From NCBI RefSeq assembly GCF_963921235.1, contig NC_086097.1, positions 210,058,001-210,122,000 on the forward strand: DNA of 64,000 nt, given 5' to 3'. Made by a program: the position numbers and the translations under genes. The number at the start of each line of letters is the position of its first letter. The stretch's first letter is position 1. The stretch is from Mobula hypostoma. Its lineage: Eukaryota. This document shows, piece after piece, positions 13,041 to 26,110 of the stretch. The notes beneath the pieces were generated by a model that was given only the letters and a program-made list of their open reading frames with translations, was not told the origin of the DNA and ran no database searches.

Positions 13041-13140
13041 CTGATGAAGGGTCTCAGCCCTAATAATCATTAAATCTTTATTCCTCTCAGTAGATGCTGC
13101 CTGACCTGCTGTCTTCCTCCAGCATTTTGTGTTTGCTACT
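13040..13140 (+). mobile_element. Penelope-derived terminal fragment with degenerate hammerhead
   Basis: cctgatgaagggtctcagccc ... agatgctgcctgacctgctg ... ctccagcattttgtg, shared with the other copies; GAAA half lost. Confidence 0.7.
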
Positions 13141-16100
13141 TTGGCCTTACCAGTAATGCCCAGATCCTGAAGAATGAAAACTTTATTAAGTGTATGTTTA
13201 ATTTCATATACAGCATGCCTAATTAATTAATTGAATTTAGATTCTCCAGCTGTTGTGTTGGCATTTGATTTCCTGTTTTCAGACCACCACTTCAGGTCTT
13301 TGGTTTATTTGTCCATTAATTTGACTATAACATTGACATTCATTTCCTCAGTCAAATGATGTTATGAATAGTGTACAGAATATAATTTGCTTCTTTAAAA
13401 ATGAAACAAATAGAATTGCATCTTCCTCAATATAGTGCTTCAGTGAATTGAGCCCGATAGCAATTTCAAGTAATTCAGATATTTTCAAGTTTCAAAGAGC
13501 TTAAGGTTTTGAAGGCTCACATAATAATTCCCTTGAAAAACTTTAAAAATCAATGTGTACACTTTTGGAGAAAAAAACTGGTAAATAGTTCCATTGCTCA
13601 GACACTTCTTTAAAAAATATACATACATGTGTTTTCAGCTACGGTATGTCATTCTATCCCATTTAAATATACCAAGCAATGTTGTGTTATCTGAGCAGGG
13701 AAAGATTATTTTTCTAATACACTGCGCTGATGTCATTGTTTGTGGAAGTTTTTTGTCTGTGGTGATATGCAAATATGTTTGAGCAGGAACTGGAATAAAA
13801 GATTCTACTTCTTGTAATGAACATGCATTCAAGCACAATTTATGCATGAATTATCAATTACACCCAAACGGAAACTTTCCTTCACTATTTTAAGAATACT
13901 GTAAACTTGCTTTTCCTGCTTTTGTCACAGTTTCCATGGTGGTAATAAAGAAGACCGATGAGTATCAAGTAGACTTACATAGCATGTAGAATTCCTAAGT
14001 ATCTGCAATAAGCATGATTTTAGTTTGTGTTAATATGGCTGAACAAAAATAATGTTAATGAAGCATTTTCTTCAAGCTTGAATAACTCCTGAATCTAAAG
14101 GTTGTTTTATGTCCTATAAGTTCCTGACTCATTTCTGCATGGCAAAAAAGTCATTTCTATCCTAGTGTTTTGACATCACATGAAAATGCATGATAGGCTT
14201 TCTTTCCAGATACAGAGTTTGGCCTTGGAGTCATGTTGTTGTTTTCTGTTAATAATTACCTTTTTGAGACCATAAATAGTGTGTTGGAAATTGAGTAAGA
14301 ATGAAATTATTACAACAGAGGCCTTTCTAGCTAATATATGTATGAAAGCTTTGAACTGAATTTTCTTACGCTTATTTACTGTTTCACTGGTTTTGTAGCC
14401 AAATAACTGGACTGAAGTTCACTTGTATCTCAGCCAAAACTGTCAAGGTTGTGTCTTAGTAAAGAGTAGGCTGGGTAATTTACTGTAGACTCATGCAAAT
14501 TGTGTAGCCAGTCTGGGCTGGGGAGGTTATTTGATTTATGTAAACACCAGGAAGTAGTGTATGAAAAAAAAAGCACCAGTTAGTTCCCTAATTTTAGTTG
14601 TGCCACAGAGTGGATTAAGCAGCTTTCTCAAGTGGTTTCTTCTCAATGTCACAGAAATTTTGGTGTGTGTTTTTAAATAATAGGAAATCTACATGAGGAC
14701 AATTTCCCCTGAATCCATTGAAAATTAACATTTGGTACGGCCATAAAGCCAATTCTATCTGATTCCCATTTGTACATCGAGGAAGTAAGTGAATTTCAGT
14801 TTCTGAACTGTTTCTGTATGAGTGAAGTGAACAATGCATTGAACTTTATCTCTTCTGTAAAATATTCAGTACTTTAATGTTAAAAGGTTAATGGCAGTGT
14901 TAAAATAATGCATAGAGCAATTCATTGTGAATATGTAAACTACCAGAAGAAGTGAATTTTTAAATGTTTATTCTTGAAGCTCGCGGACACAAAAGGCATT
15001 AAAGTGTTTCCTCCAGTAATGACAAAATACTGGAAGATTTTATTTTAAACCAAATTGGTTAACGCTTTAAAAAAAAGATCACAGTAAACATTGGTTGAAC
15101 TGCACCTAAGAACATAGCGACATAAAACCAGAAGTTTACAAGGTAATTTTAAGCTTCTACTTTTTCAGAAAATGGTGTTGGAAATGCAGATATAACTATA
15201 TTTTCTGCTGTAGAATGATTATTGAAATTTGATCTTTACTTATTCTTTGCCTGGTAAGCTTGTGGAGCAGATTGGAATGCTTGGCGATGTTAAAGACTAA
15301 ATGGGTGCAAGCTATTGTTACATAGGTTAATTAAATGCTTATTTTCAAAAACATTTCAGTTGTTTTTTAAAACTACTACTGATAAGATGATTAAAATAAA
15401 ATAACATTAAAATCAGATATTAAAGTGAAAACAGTACAGATGTTATATTCCCTTCTAATGTCTAACAAAGGCAAAAATCAAACTTAATATTTTCATTTGA
15501 TGGTTATATCCTATAGAGTGACCATGAGTTGTACATTAGCTGGTTAGTGCGCAGAGGAATATTTCCCATCTAGATATGCTTATGGACATTTTCAATGTTG
15601 CTGTTTGGTGATACAGAAAGGGAACGCTGGGCTGACCTTGATGGACAATTTAAGAATGCCAAATGAATTCTTGGGAGAGTCACTGTCAGGTAAAACTGCG
15701 TTTGAACTGAACAGGATACATAAAGGTGCTTATAACATTTGAGAAAGACAGTGAAAAAAGTCAACCTCCTTACCATGAAGCATTTTCAAAAAAAAGGAGA
15801 TTGAATCCATTCAGAATTATCAATTACTTGTTAGGGTCCTATAGCGCAGTCCACTGAAGCATATTATGGAATTGCTAAATTTGCATTTAGAATCATTGGA
15901 GTGTTAGAGAAAATCATTTTGGAAGAAAATAAACACCAAAAGAATTACATTATTTTTATGCAAAGTCTGTTTCCTAGTCAACTAGTCTTGTAATAAAATC
16001 CTGAAACACATCTTATTCACTATTTGAGGATCTTTTTAGTTTGTTACACGTGTATTAAACAATTATACCTTTCATGATACCGATAAATGGGTTTTAATAA

Positions 16101-16261
16101 AAGTATGGAGTTGACTTAAAATTATTAGTTAATTAATTTTAAAAGGATTTTCAAAGGAGCTGGGCATGACCCTTCAGGCTTGCCCTATTGTTAAATTATC
16201 AATCATCTCCCCATTCCTCCTCACAATTTCGTGTCCTGGAAATCAGAAATAAAATGAGAAA

Positions 16262-17013
16262 ATGCACTACAATGGGACTTTGATAGGATGCAGAGCTGGG
16301 CTGAGAAGTGGCAGATAGAGCTCAACCTGGGAAAGTATGAAGTTAGAAACTTTGGATGGTTAACCATGAAGGCATAGTACAGAGTTAATGGCAGGATTCT
16401 TAGCAGTGTGGAGGAAAGAGGGATTTTTGGGGTCCACATCAAGTTGCTGCACAAGTTGATAGGGTTGTTAAGAAGATATATGATGGTTTGGCTTCTTTAG
16501 TCAGGGGATTGCGTTCAAGGGCTACAAGCTAATGTTGAAACTGTATAAAACTCTGGTTAGATCATATTTGGAGTATTATGTTCAGTTCAGATCGCCTCTT
16601 TAGAGTAAGGAAATGGAAGCTTTAAAGAGGGTGCAGAAGAGGATACTGTCTGGATTAGAGAAGAATGTCATGAAAAAAGGTGAATGAGCTACGGCTTTCC
16701 TCTTTGGAGCAAAGGAGGATGAGCAGCGACTTGATAGAGGCGTATAAGAGGCATAAATCAAGTGGACCGTCAGCATCTTAATCCCAGGGTGGAAATAGCT
16801 AATACGAGAGGGCATAATGAGAGTGGTGTGTGCATGCAGCACACCGCCAGGGCTGGTGGTCCAAGCAGATACATTAGGTACAGTTGAGAGACTCTTGGAT
16901 AGGCACATAGATGAAAGAAAAATTCAGGGCTATATGAGAGGGAAGGATTAGATGATCTTGGACTAGGTTAAGATGTCAACACAACATCATGCTTTGCTAT
17001 CCTATGTTCTATG
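16262..17013 (+). mobile_element. Degenerate CR1 3' fragment
   Basis: tgggctgagaagtggcagatagag (WAEKWQ); LYKTLVR.HLEY motif; ctatgttctatg tail. Confidence 0.8.
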
Positions 17014-17370
17014 GTTAAATGTGAATGACCACTGTTATTGTCACTTAGTCTGTAAACCAGTTTGAATTTGAAATGTTCAGCCACTTTAGATTAAATTAAT
17101 AAGTGTGTATTTTTCTCATATTAGCTTAATTCAGTGGTAGCCTCCTCTCCCAGTCTGAGGATAATCAGTTCACTTACACAACTAAACAGTTGCTTCTTTG
17201 CTGAAATGCTCTTCTTTAGAAGGGGTATTCAATCAAAAGCTCTTTTATTGATCAGGAGGATGTCACTTTCCCACAAGCAGTTATTCTTTCTGAATATCGG
17301 CTAATTGAAAAATGCCATAAAACAAATTATGTAGCTACTTTGTCAGTATCAGCAGATACGTATGGTATAC

Positions 17371-18700
17371 AAGTTCAAAGTTCAATGTAAATTTATTACC
17401 AAAGTACATATATGTCACCATATACAATTCTGAGATTCGTTTTCTTGCATGCATCCAAGAAACACAATAGAATCAATGAAAGACTGTGCAAAAGCAAATG
17501 AAAAATAATAATAATAAATAAGTAATTAATAAATATCAAAACGTGAGATGAAGAGCCCTGGAAAGTGAGTCCATTGCTTGTGGGATCAGCTCAGTTATGG
17601 GGTGAGTGAAGTTATCCCTACTGCTTTAAGAGCCTGATGGTTGAGGGGTAATAACTGTTCCTGAATCTAGTGGTGTGAGTCCTGAGGCTCCTGTACCTTC
17701 TTGCTGATGACAGCAGTGAGAAGAAAGAATGGTGTGGGTGGTGGGGGTCCCTGATATGGATGTAGCCTTCCTGTGACAACTCTCCATGTAGGTGTGCTCA
17801 GCGGAGGGGATGGTTTTACACGTGATGGACTGGGCGTATCCATTACTTTTTGTAGGATATTCTGTTCAAGGGCATTGGTGTTTCCATACCAGATTGTGAT
17901 GCAAGCAGTCAATATACTCTCCACCGCATATCTATAGGATTTTGTCATTGATGTCATGCCAAATCACCAGAAATTGTTAAGGAAGTAGGAGTGCTTCTGT
18001 TCTTTCTTCATAATGGCACTTACATGATTCTCCTAGGACAGGTCCTCTAAAACAATAATACTAAGGAGCTTAAAGTTACTGACCCACTCCAACTCTGATC
18101 CCCTGATGAGGGATCTCATGATGCTCATGGATCTCTAGTTTCCACCTCCTGAAGTCAATAATCATATCTTTGGTCTTGCTGACGTTGAGTGAGAGTTTGT
18201 TGTTGTGACTCCACTCAGTCAGATTTTCAATCTCCCTTTTATATGTTGATTCATCACCACCTTTGATTCAGCCAGCGACAGTGAGATCATCAGCAAATTA
18301 AATATTGCATTGGATTTGTGGTTAGCCTCATAGTCATAAGTGTAAAGCACAAAGAGCAGGGGGATAAGCACAGCCTTGTGGTGCACCTGTGTTGATGGAG
18401 ATTGTCGAGGTGATGTTGCTGCCAATCCAAACTGACTGGTGTCTACAAGTAGGAAATTGAGGATCCAATTGCATAAATTGGTGTTGAGGCCAAGATGCTA
18501 AAGCTTATTGGTTAGTTTTGAGCTGATGATAGTATTGATTAACAAGCTATAGTTGATAAAGAGAATGCTGACATATACATCACTGCTGCCCAGATGTTCC
18601 AGGGTTGAGCGAAGAGCCAATGAAATGGCATCTGCTGTGGACCTGTTGCTCCATTATGCAAATTGGAGAAGATTCAAGTTGCTTCTCAGGCAGGAGTTGA
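17371..18700 (-). mobile_element. Degenerate Rex1/Babar-like LINE fragment
   Basis: ORFs YRYAVESILTACITIWYGN and LIPLLFVLYTYD; aagttcaaagttcaa tail. Confidence 0.75.
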
Positions 18701-20033
18701 TTCAATATCACATTTACAGTGAAAATGATAAACACTGAATGCAGCCAGAAACATTTTGTTCTGTAGCAACTGCTTGGATTAACTGTTTTCCAATTAATCT
18801 CAATTTTGTTCTTTAGCTATAATGTGTAAATTCATCCCTTCAAATATTTAACCAATTACTACTTGAAAGTTTCCACTATGCTTTTAAAAGAAAATATTAT
18901 GTCATATGTCTTTCTTGTTGATGACCTTAAATATGTGGCCTCTGATTACTGATCTATCTGGCAATAGAAACACATTCTCTTAAAATTATACATAATTTTG
19001 AATAGCTTCGTAAATCTTAACCTTAAATGGAAGTAATAGAATTGCAGATACTGGAAATCTGCAATAAAAAATAAAATGCTGGTGAATTCAATGCAGCATC
19101 ACTGGAAAGGGAAAAGTGATTAATGTTTCAGGTTTAGGTCCCTTCAGTTCTGACAGAGGTTCCTCAAACTGAAATGTTGATCCTCAGAGGTGTTGCCTGA
19201 CATGATTATTTGCAGCATTTTCTGTTTTTACTCCACTATATCTTCTCTACCCTGATGAGGACAATGACTGCTTCTTGAGCCTCTCGTATGAAGACTCTTT
19301 TACATAGAAACATAGAAAATAGGTGCAGGAGTAGGCCATTCAGCCCTTCAAGCCTGCACCGCCATTCAGTATGATCATGACTGATCATCCAACTCAGAAC
19401 CTCCATACCCCCTGATCCCTTTAGCCACAAGGGCCATATCTAACTCCCTCTTAAATATAGCCAATGAACTGGCCTCAACTGTTTCCTGTGGCAGAGAATT
19501 CCACAGATTCACCACTCTCTGTGTGAAGAAGTTTTTCCTAATCTCAGTCCTAAAAGGCTTCCCCTTTATCCTCAAACTGTGACCCCTCATTCTGGACTTC
19601 CCCAACATCGGGAACAATCTTCTTGCATCTAGCCTGTCCAATCCCTTTAGGATTTTATATGTTTCAATAAGATTCCCCCTCAATCTTCTAAATTCCAACG
19701 AGTATAAGCCTAGTCAATCCAGTCTTTCATCATATGAAATTCCTGCCATCCCAGGAATCAATCTGGTGAACCTCCTTTGTACTCCCTCTATGGCAAGGAT
19801 GTCTTTCCTCAGATTAGGGGACCAAAACTGCACACAGTACTCCAGGTGTGGTCTCACCAAGGCCTTGTACAACTTCAGTAGTACCTCCCTGCTCCTGTAC
19901 TCGAATCCTCTTGCTATGAATGCCAACATACCATTCGCTTTTTTCACCGCCTGCTCTACCTGCATGCCCACTTTCAATGACTGGTGTATAATGACACCCA
20001 GGTCTCGTTGCACCTCCCCTTTTCCTAATCGGC

Positions 20034-20234
20034 TCTTGGCTCCATCCCTCCCCCTCCTGTTTTCTCCTATCATTTTGGATCTCCCCCTCCCCCTCCAACT
20101 TTCAAATCCCTTACTCACTCTTCCTTCAGTTAGTCCTGACGAAGGGTCTCGGCCTGAAACGTCGACTGCACCTCTTCCTAGAGATGCTGCCTGGCCTGCT
20201 GCGTTCACCAGCCACTTTTATGTGTGTTGCGTTT
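20034..20234 (+). mobile_element. Penelope-like terminal fragment inserted in CR1
   Basis: Absent from the sister CR1 copy at ~25455 (ctaatcggccaccatttagataat); pyrimidine tract followed by a hammerhead motif. Confidence 0.85.
20132..20167 (+). ncRNA. Minimal type I hammerhead ribozyme
   Basis: AGTC | CTGACGA | AGGGTCTCGGCCT | GAAAC | GTC | GACT: stem I AGTC/GACT, intact CUGANGA and GAAA, GUC cleavage triplet, palindromic ACGT stem III. Confidence 0.8.
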
Positions 20235-22047
20235 ATTCAGATAATAATCTGTTTTCCTATTTTTGCCACCAAAGTGGATAACCTCACATTTATTTACATT
20301 AAATTGCATCTGCCATGAATTTGCCCACTCACCTAACCTATCCAAGTCATCCTGCATCCTCTTAGCATCCTCCTCACAGCTAACACTGCAGCCCAGCTTT
20401 GTGTCATCCGCAAACTTGGAGATGCTGCATTTAATTCCCTCATCTAAGTCATTAATATATATTGTAAACAACTGGGGTCGCAGCACTGAGCCTTGCGGTA
20501 CCCCACTGGTCACTGCCTGCCATTCTGAAAAGGTCCCGTTTATTCCCACTCTTTGCTTCCTGTCTGCCAACCAATTCTCTATCCACATCAATACCTTACC
20601 CCCAATACCGTGTGCTTTAAGTTTGCACACTAATCTCCTGTGTGGGACCTTGTCAAAAGCCTTTTGAAAATCCAAATATACCACATCCACTGGTTCTCCC
20701 CTATCCACTCCACTAGTTACATCCTCAAAAAATTCTATGAGATCCGTCAGACATGATTTTCCTTTCACAAATCCATGCTGACTTTGTCCAATGATTTCAC
20801 CGCTTTCCAAATGTGCTGTTATCACATCTTTGATAAATGACTCTAGCATTTTCCCCACCACCAATGTCAGGCTAACCGGTCTATAATTCCCCAGTTTCTC
20901 TCTCCCTCCTTTTTTAAAAAGTGGGGTTACATTAGCCACCCTCCAATCCTCAGGAACTAGTCCAGAATCTAAAGAGTTTTGAAAAATTATCACTAATGCA
21001 TCCACTATTTCTTGGGCTACTTCCTTAAGCACTCTGGGATGCAGACCATCTGGCCCTGGGGATTTATCTGCCTTTAATCCCTTCAATTTACCTAACACCA
21101 CTTCCCTACTAACATGTATTTCCCTCAGTTCCTCCATCTCACTGGACCCTCTGTCCCCTACTATTTCCGGAAGATTATTTATGTCCTCCTTAGTGAAGAC
21201 AGAACCAAAGTAGTTATTCAATTGGTCTGCCATGTCCTTGCTCCCCATAATCAATTCACCTGTTTCTGTCTGTAGGGGACCTACATTTGTCTTAACCAAT
21301 CTTTTTCTTTTCACATATCTATAAAAGCTTTTACAGTCAGTTTTTATGTTCCCTGCCAGTTTTCTCTCGTAATCTTTTTTCCACTTCCTAATTAAGCCCT
21401 TTGTCCTCCTCTGCTGGACTCTGAATTTCTCCCAGTTCTCCGGTGAGCCACTTTTTCTGGCTAATTTGTATGCTTCTTCTTTGGAATTGATACTATCCCT
21501 AATTTCTCTTATCAGCCATGGGTGCACTACCTTCCTTGATTTATTCTTTTGCCAAACTGGGATGAACAATTGTTGTAGTTCATCCATGCGATCTTTAAAT
21601 GCTTGCCATTGCATATCCACCGTCAACCCTTTAAATATAATTTGCCAGTCTATCTTAGCTAATTCACGTCTACTTTGCCACATGCAAATTTGTCCAGAAG
21701 TAAAGACACTACTTCAGCAGAGGCAATACTAGTTTCTTGTAAGCATTTTGCATAACTTCATTGATTTGATACTCTGGTTTTGAAATAGTCTTATATCTCA
21801 AAAGGTTCAGTGGACTTGACAGGAACTGTGCATGAGAGCTCTGCCATTGCGGAGGAAACAGAAAAGCTTAGAGAAGTTATATTTTGTGGGGGTAAGGGGA
21901 ATGCATGAACAGGGTTAAGGGCTTCAGAGCTTCAGTCGATGGGGATGCTGAGGACAGTGGATTTGAATTGTGATTGGGTGGGGACAAAATGTGGCATTAA
22001 GGTTGGTGATTAGAAACTTTAACGGGAACCTAGTTAGATTGAGATTA

Positions 22048-22320
22048 AAGTCTGTTACGAGCCTTGTGGCCCATCAGGTCATTGCTTATGCCGGTTTCTG
22101 TGGCGTGAAGTGACTGAGAGTATGAGACCCGCCCCCCCCCCGCCCGCAGGATAGGACACCAGTCTATCGCAAGGTTAACCCCCAGCATTTTTTTGGATAG
22201 ACTGGAGCATTGTGTGGTTAAGTGCCTTGCTCAAGGACACACAAACTGCTTCGGCCGAGGCTCAAACCCATGGCCTTCAGATCGCTGGTGCAACGCCCTA
22301 ACCACTTGGCCACGCACCAC
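22048..22320 (-). mobile_element. tRNA-derived SINE
   Basis: Minus strand starts ggtgcgTGGCCAAGTGGttaggg (A box) ... GGTTTGAGCC (B-box-like), then gtgtccttgagcaaggcacttaac; same head as 63097-63392. Confidence 0.85.
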
Positions 22321-23574
22321 ACAGCCTAGCTAGACACAAGATTTATATGGCAAAATGCAGAGCAGCACAGACCTGATTAACTGGTTCCCTTTAAACTGTG
22401 TAGAAGTGCTCCACTGCCTTGTGTAGACATATTCTGAAACACCTGGCTTGTACTGTTTGCAGAGCCCTAATATGCAAATATATTTTGCATATATGATTAC
22501 AGTGCACTCTATCTGCCATTTGCCATCACGTGTCCAGCTGTCACCATCTCACCACTTCCTTTACTGTTAAATTAGCAGCATCTCCTTTTATAAAATATAA
22601 CACATTAAAATAAAAAATAAATTCCTTGCTTCTGAGGTCTATTGGAATAAAGGTATTAGAAGTAATGAATAAACACCTCTCGAGCTTCCAGCCAGGTACA
22701 GGTGTCTGGCTGGAAGCCCGAGAAGAGTTTATTTGTCATATATGCCAGGAAAGCACTAGATCCTTTTTCATATTAGAAGTTACTTTTCTTTCTCTCCGGG
22801 TTCTTCCAGCTGTTAAACTAAGTTTGTTACGCATGGCCCTTACAAAATAATTAATGTTCTGGTGAAGCTCAGGTCAGAGTTTCTGTTTCCTCCAGATAAA
22901 ATTACCTGCTAGATTAGCAATGCCCTGGCCTGCATTTTGAAGCCAAGGAAATCCACTTCTGTTTCCTTCCTAGTTATTTCTTAAAACTTATTTACTTCCT
23001 AATCATCTTGTTTACCCGGGACATAGTAAAAGATAAATAGCACAAATATTTTCCAGCCTCATAGTAAGGTACTTGCAGGGTCTGCCAAGCTATGCTTCAT
23101 TGTGATAAGCATTGTGTCAGGGGTGGTGATAATATTACAAGAGAATAATTCACCTAAATTCCTTGTCTCAGTGCCCGTTGAAGGTGAGGGTGCAACCAGA
23201 GATAGAAATTGATTCTATCACTGGCTGTTCCCATTTTTGATTTTACTGAAAAATAGCTTATTTAGGAAAGCTTTAGACTTTCATGGATATAATTTTCAAA
23301 AAGAATGATGAGAGAATATTAGTTTGCTTGATTAATCTAAAGAAAGGCCTTCGTTTTAATGGTGAGATGATGGCACGAAGATGCTTTATGTTAGTTCGGA
23401 CTTTCAATTCCTTATTCTGGCTTTATTTATAGTTTCAGGGCAGTGTGCTGTTATTCTCTGGGGGTTAAGATGGATTATCTGTTTTGTGTTTAGTTTTATT
23501 TGCTCAGTGCACTAAATGTGTTTTCAACATTGATTTAAATGCTCTTAGCAGTGGAATCAAAATATTTCTTTTAT

Positions 23575-23792
23575 ATTCAGCAGTGGATCTGTGGAATTCA
23601 ATGCCACAGGCAGGTTTGGAGGCCAAGTCATTAGGCAAAGGTTGATAGATTCTTAGTTAGTCAGGGATGAAGGGATATGGGGAAAGGCAGGAGATGGGGG
23701 TTAGGAGGGAAATAGATCAGCCATGATGAAATGGTGGAGCAGACTTGAAGAGCCAAATGGCCTACTTCTGCTCTTATATCTTATGGTCTTAT
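23575..23792 (+). mobile_element. CR1 3' end fragment
   Basis: ctgtggaattc...gccacaggcagg...aaatggcctacttctgctc...tcttatggtcttat tail. Confidence 0.85.
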
Positions 23793-23793
23793 C

Positions 23794-23880
23794 ACAAACA
23801 AGAGAAAATCTGCAGAAGCTGGAAATCCAAACAACGCACACAAAATGCTAGAGGAACTCAGTGGGTCAGGCAGCATCTAT
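23794..23880 (-). mobile_element. Truncated Penelope-derived mini element
   Basis: acaaacaagagaaaatctgcagaagctggaaatcc...gaggaactcag...gcagcatctat, as in 4215-4346. Confidence 0.75.
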
Positions 23881-24702
23881 AGTCATTGTCATTAGAGTCA
23901 TTGTCTATAGTCATTAGAGTTCTGAGTTGAAAGCTAAATAATATATTTTCTGAAATCCTTTTTCTCCCTTTCTGTTCCAAAAACTATATTGTCTGAAAAC
24001 AAGAGGAAAGGTGCTATTTAGAGAAGTAGAAGCTTCATATCTTTTCATTCATTCATACCCAATATTTTGTTCTAAAGCTGGCTGCCAATTGTTTTGAGAG
24101 ATCAGTAAATATCATCTGGCCCAGACCCTTCTCTTGATTGTAATGTGAGCAAATGTCACAATATAATTTCAATGCTCAAATTATTTACCTGGCAGAAAGT
24201 CATTATGATCTTACCATTTGGGATTTTTAACGGAAGTGAGAGTAAGGGGTCCTCATTCAAATTTTGCATATTTCCTCTATACATAGTCCATCGGACTTGG
24301 CTGCCACTGGGTCCCTTGTGTAGTCTTACCAATTAGTCTATCAGAAGAGACCATTGTAGTTTTACTGTCAGGTTCAGATCTTGGGAGGAGAATCTGTCCT
24401 AGTGGAATCTCAAGCAGACAATTTTCAATGAATTTCCCTTTCTGGAGAAGCAGCACAATGTCTTCTAAATTCCCCAACTTATCTAAGGTGGAACTCCCGC
24501 TAGATGGTTTTGGAAGTTGAGTCGATTGGCTTCTTTTTGGCAAGTGACTTGGGAGTTAAAGCAGCCCAAATCTCACTCCTACAGCAGTGCTTATATTCTT
24601 AATTCTCCTCACTCCCCACATAGAGTCTTATGTACTACAGCACATCAACAGATATTTTGGCCCATATGGTCCATGCCTGAAGTTAAAGTGGAGGTCACTA
24701 AT

Positions 24703-25488
24703 ATAGAAAACATAGAAACATAGAAAATAGGTGCAGGAGTAGGCCATTCAGCCCTTCGAGCCTGCACCGCCATTTATTATGATCATGGCTGATCATCCAA
24801 CTCAGAACCCCGCCCCAGCCTTCCCTCCATACCCCCTGACCCCCATAGCCACAAGGGCCATATCTAACTCCCTCTTAAATATAGCCAATGAACTGGCCTC
24901 AACTGTTTCCTGTGGCAGAGAATTCCACAGATTCACCACTCTCTGTGTGAAGAAGTTTTTCCTAATCTCGGTCCTAAAAGGCTTCCCCTCTATCCTCAAA
25001 CTGTGGCCCCTCGTTCTGGACTTCCCCAACATCGGGAACAATCTTCCTGCATCTAGCCTGTCCAATCCCTTTAGGATCTTATACATTTCAATCAGATCCC
25101 CCCTCAATCTTCTAAATTCCAACGAGTACAAGCCCAGTTCATCCAGTCTTTCTTCATATGAAAGTCCTGCCATCCCAGGAATCAATCTGGTGAACCTCCC
25201 TTGTACTCCCTCTATGGCAAGGATGTCTTTCCTCAGATTAGGGGACCAAAACTGCACACAATACTCCAGGTGTGGTCTCACCAAGGCCTTGTACAACTGC
25301 AGTAGTACCTCCCTGCTCCTGTACTCGAATCCTCTCGCTATAAATGCCAGCATACCATTCGCCTTTTTCACCGCCTGCTGTACCTGCATGCCCACTTTCA
25401 ATGACTGGTGTATAATGACACCCAGGTCTCGTTGCACCTCCCCTTTTCCTAATCGGCCACCATTTAGATAATAATCTGTTTTCCTATA
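24703..25488 (-). mobile_element. Young 5'-truncated CR1 (same subfamily as 19302-21670)
   Basis: Near-identical to 19302-20260; open 211-aa ORF2 C-terminus; (CATAGAAA)n tail. Confidence 0.95.
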
Positions 25489-25867
25489 TCTTTTACTTAG
25501 AGATACATTGGGTTTATCTTATTTGTTTGTGTGGAATTGAAGTGCACTAACATCCCAGATGAGTGAACAACAAGATAATTTGGCTTTTTCACCCTTGAGC
25601 TATAATTGAGTTTAGGCACCTAGTGGGGACCATAATGTTGAGTCTTGACATCTGGTGCAAAATGGCAATAAACAGTTCTGGGAGTTGGATAAATGTGTAT
25701 TTCCATAGGTCCATCAGGCTACTATTACCGCTTCTACTCTATTTATCCAATTCCCACTTCAGCGAATAGCTTGGAGCAAAAGTGGCCCAAGTATTCCTAG
25801 TGGGGTGTAAAAGAGCTCTTCCACTCCTCAAGGCAACTTAAACACAATTGAAGCCGATGTACTGACT

Positions 25868-26110
25868 GGCACGGTTGTGCAGTGGTTAGCGTAGCACTAT
25901 TACAGCGCCTGCAACCCGTGTTCGTTCTACTGCCATCTATAAGGAGTTTGTACATTCTCCCTGTGACCACATGGGTCTCCTCTGGGTGCTTCAGTTTCCT
26001 CCCATATTCCAAAGACTTAGGGGTTAATAGGTTAATTGGTCACATGGGTGTAATTGTGGAGCAGGGGGTTGTTGGGCTGAAAAGGCTTATTACTGTGCTG
26101 TATTGCTAAA
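25868..26110 (+). mobile_element. V-SINE (HE1-like) tRNA-derived SINE
   Basis: ggcacggttgtgcagtggttagc head; central ggagtttgtacattctccctgtgacc...ggtgcttcagtttcctcccatattccaaagac V-domain-like segment. Confidence 0.8.

Larger units (their letters stand above)
19302..21670 (-). mobile_element. Young 5'-truncated CR1 LINE with open RT frame
   Basis: (CATAGAAA)n tail; 492-aa ORF 20205-21683 with KSPGPDG, NYRPVSL, YLDFQKAFDKV, GVPQGS, FADDT; interrupted by a Penelope fragment. Confidence 0.96.

Noticed and set aside
20205..21683. 492-aa RT ORF as a domesticated gene
   Set aside because: Ordinary 5'-truncated CR1 ORF2; it starts in flanking DNA and ends in a nested insertion.
22250..22320. tRNA genes here and at 63320-63392, 25868 and 40083
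   Set aside because: SINE heads with A/B boxes followed by SINE bodies; no complete cloverleaf evident.
24779..25471. 230-aa + strand ORF and similar ORFs at 19766, 20263 and 35017
   Set aside because: Antisense shadows of CR1 ORFs.
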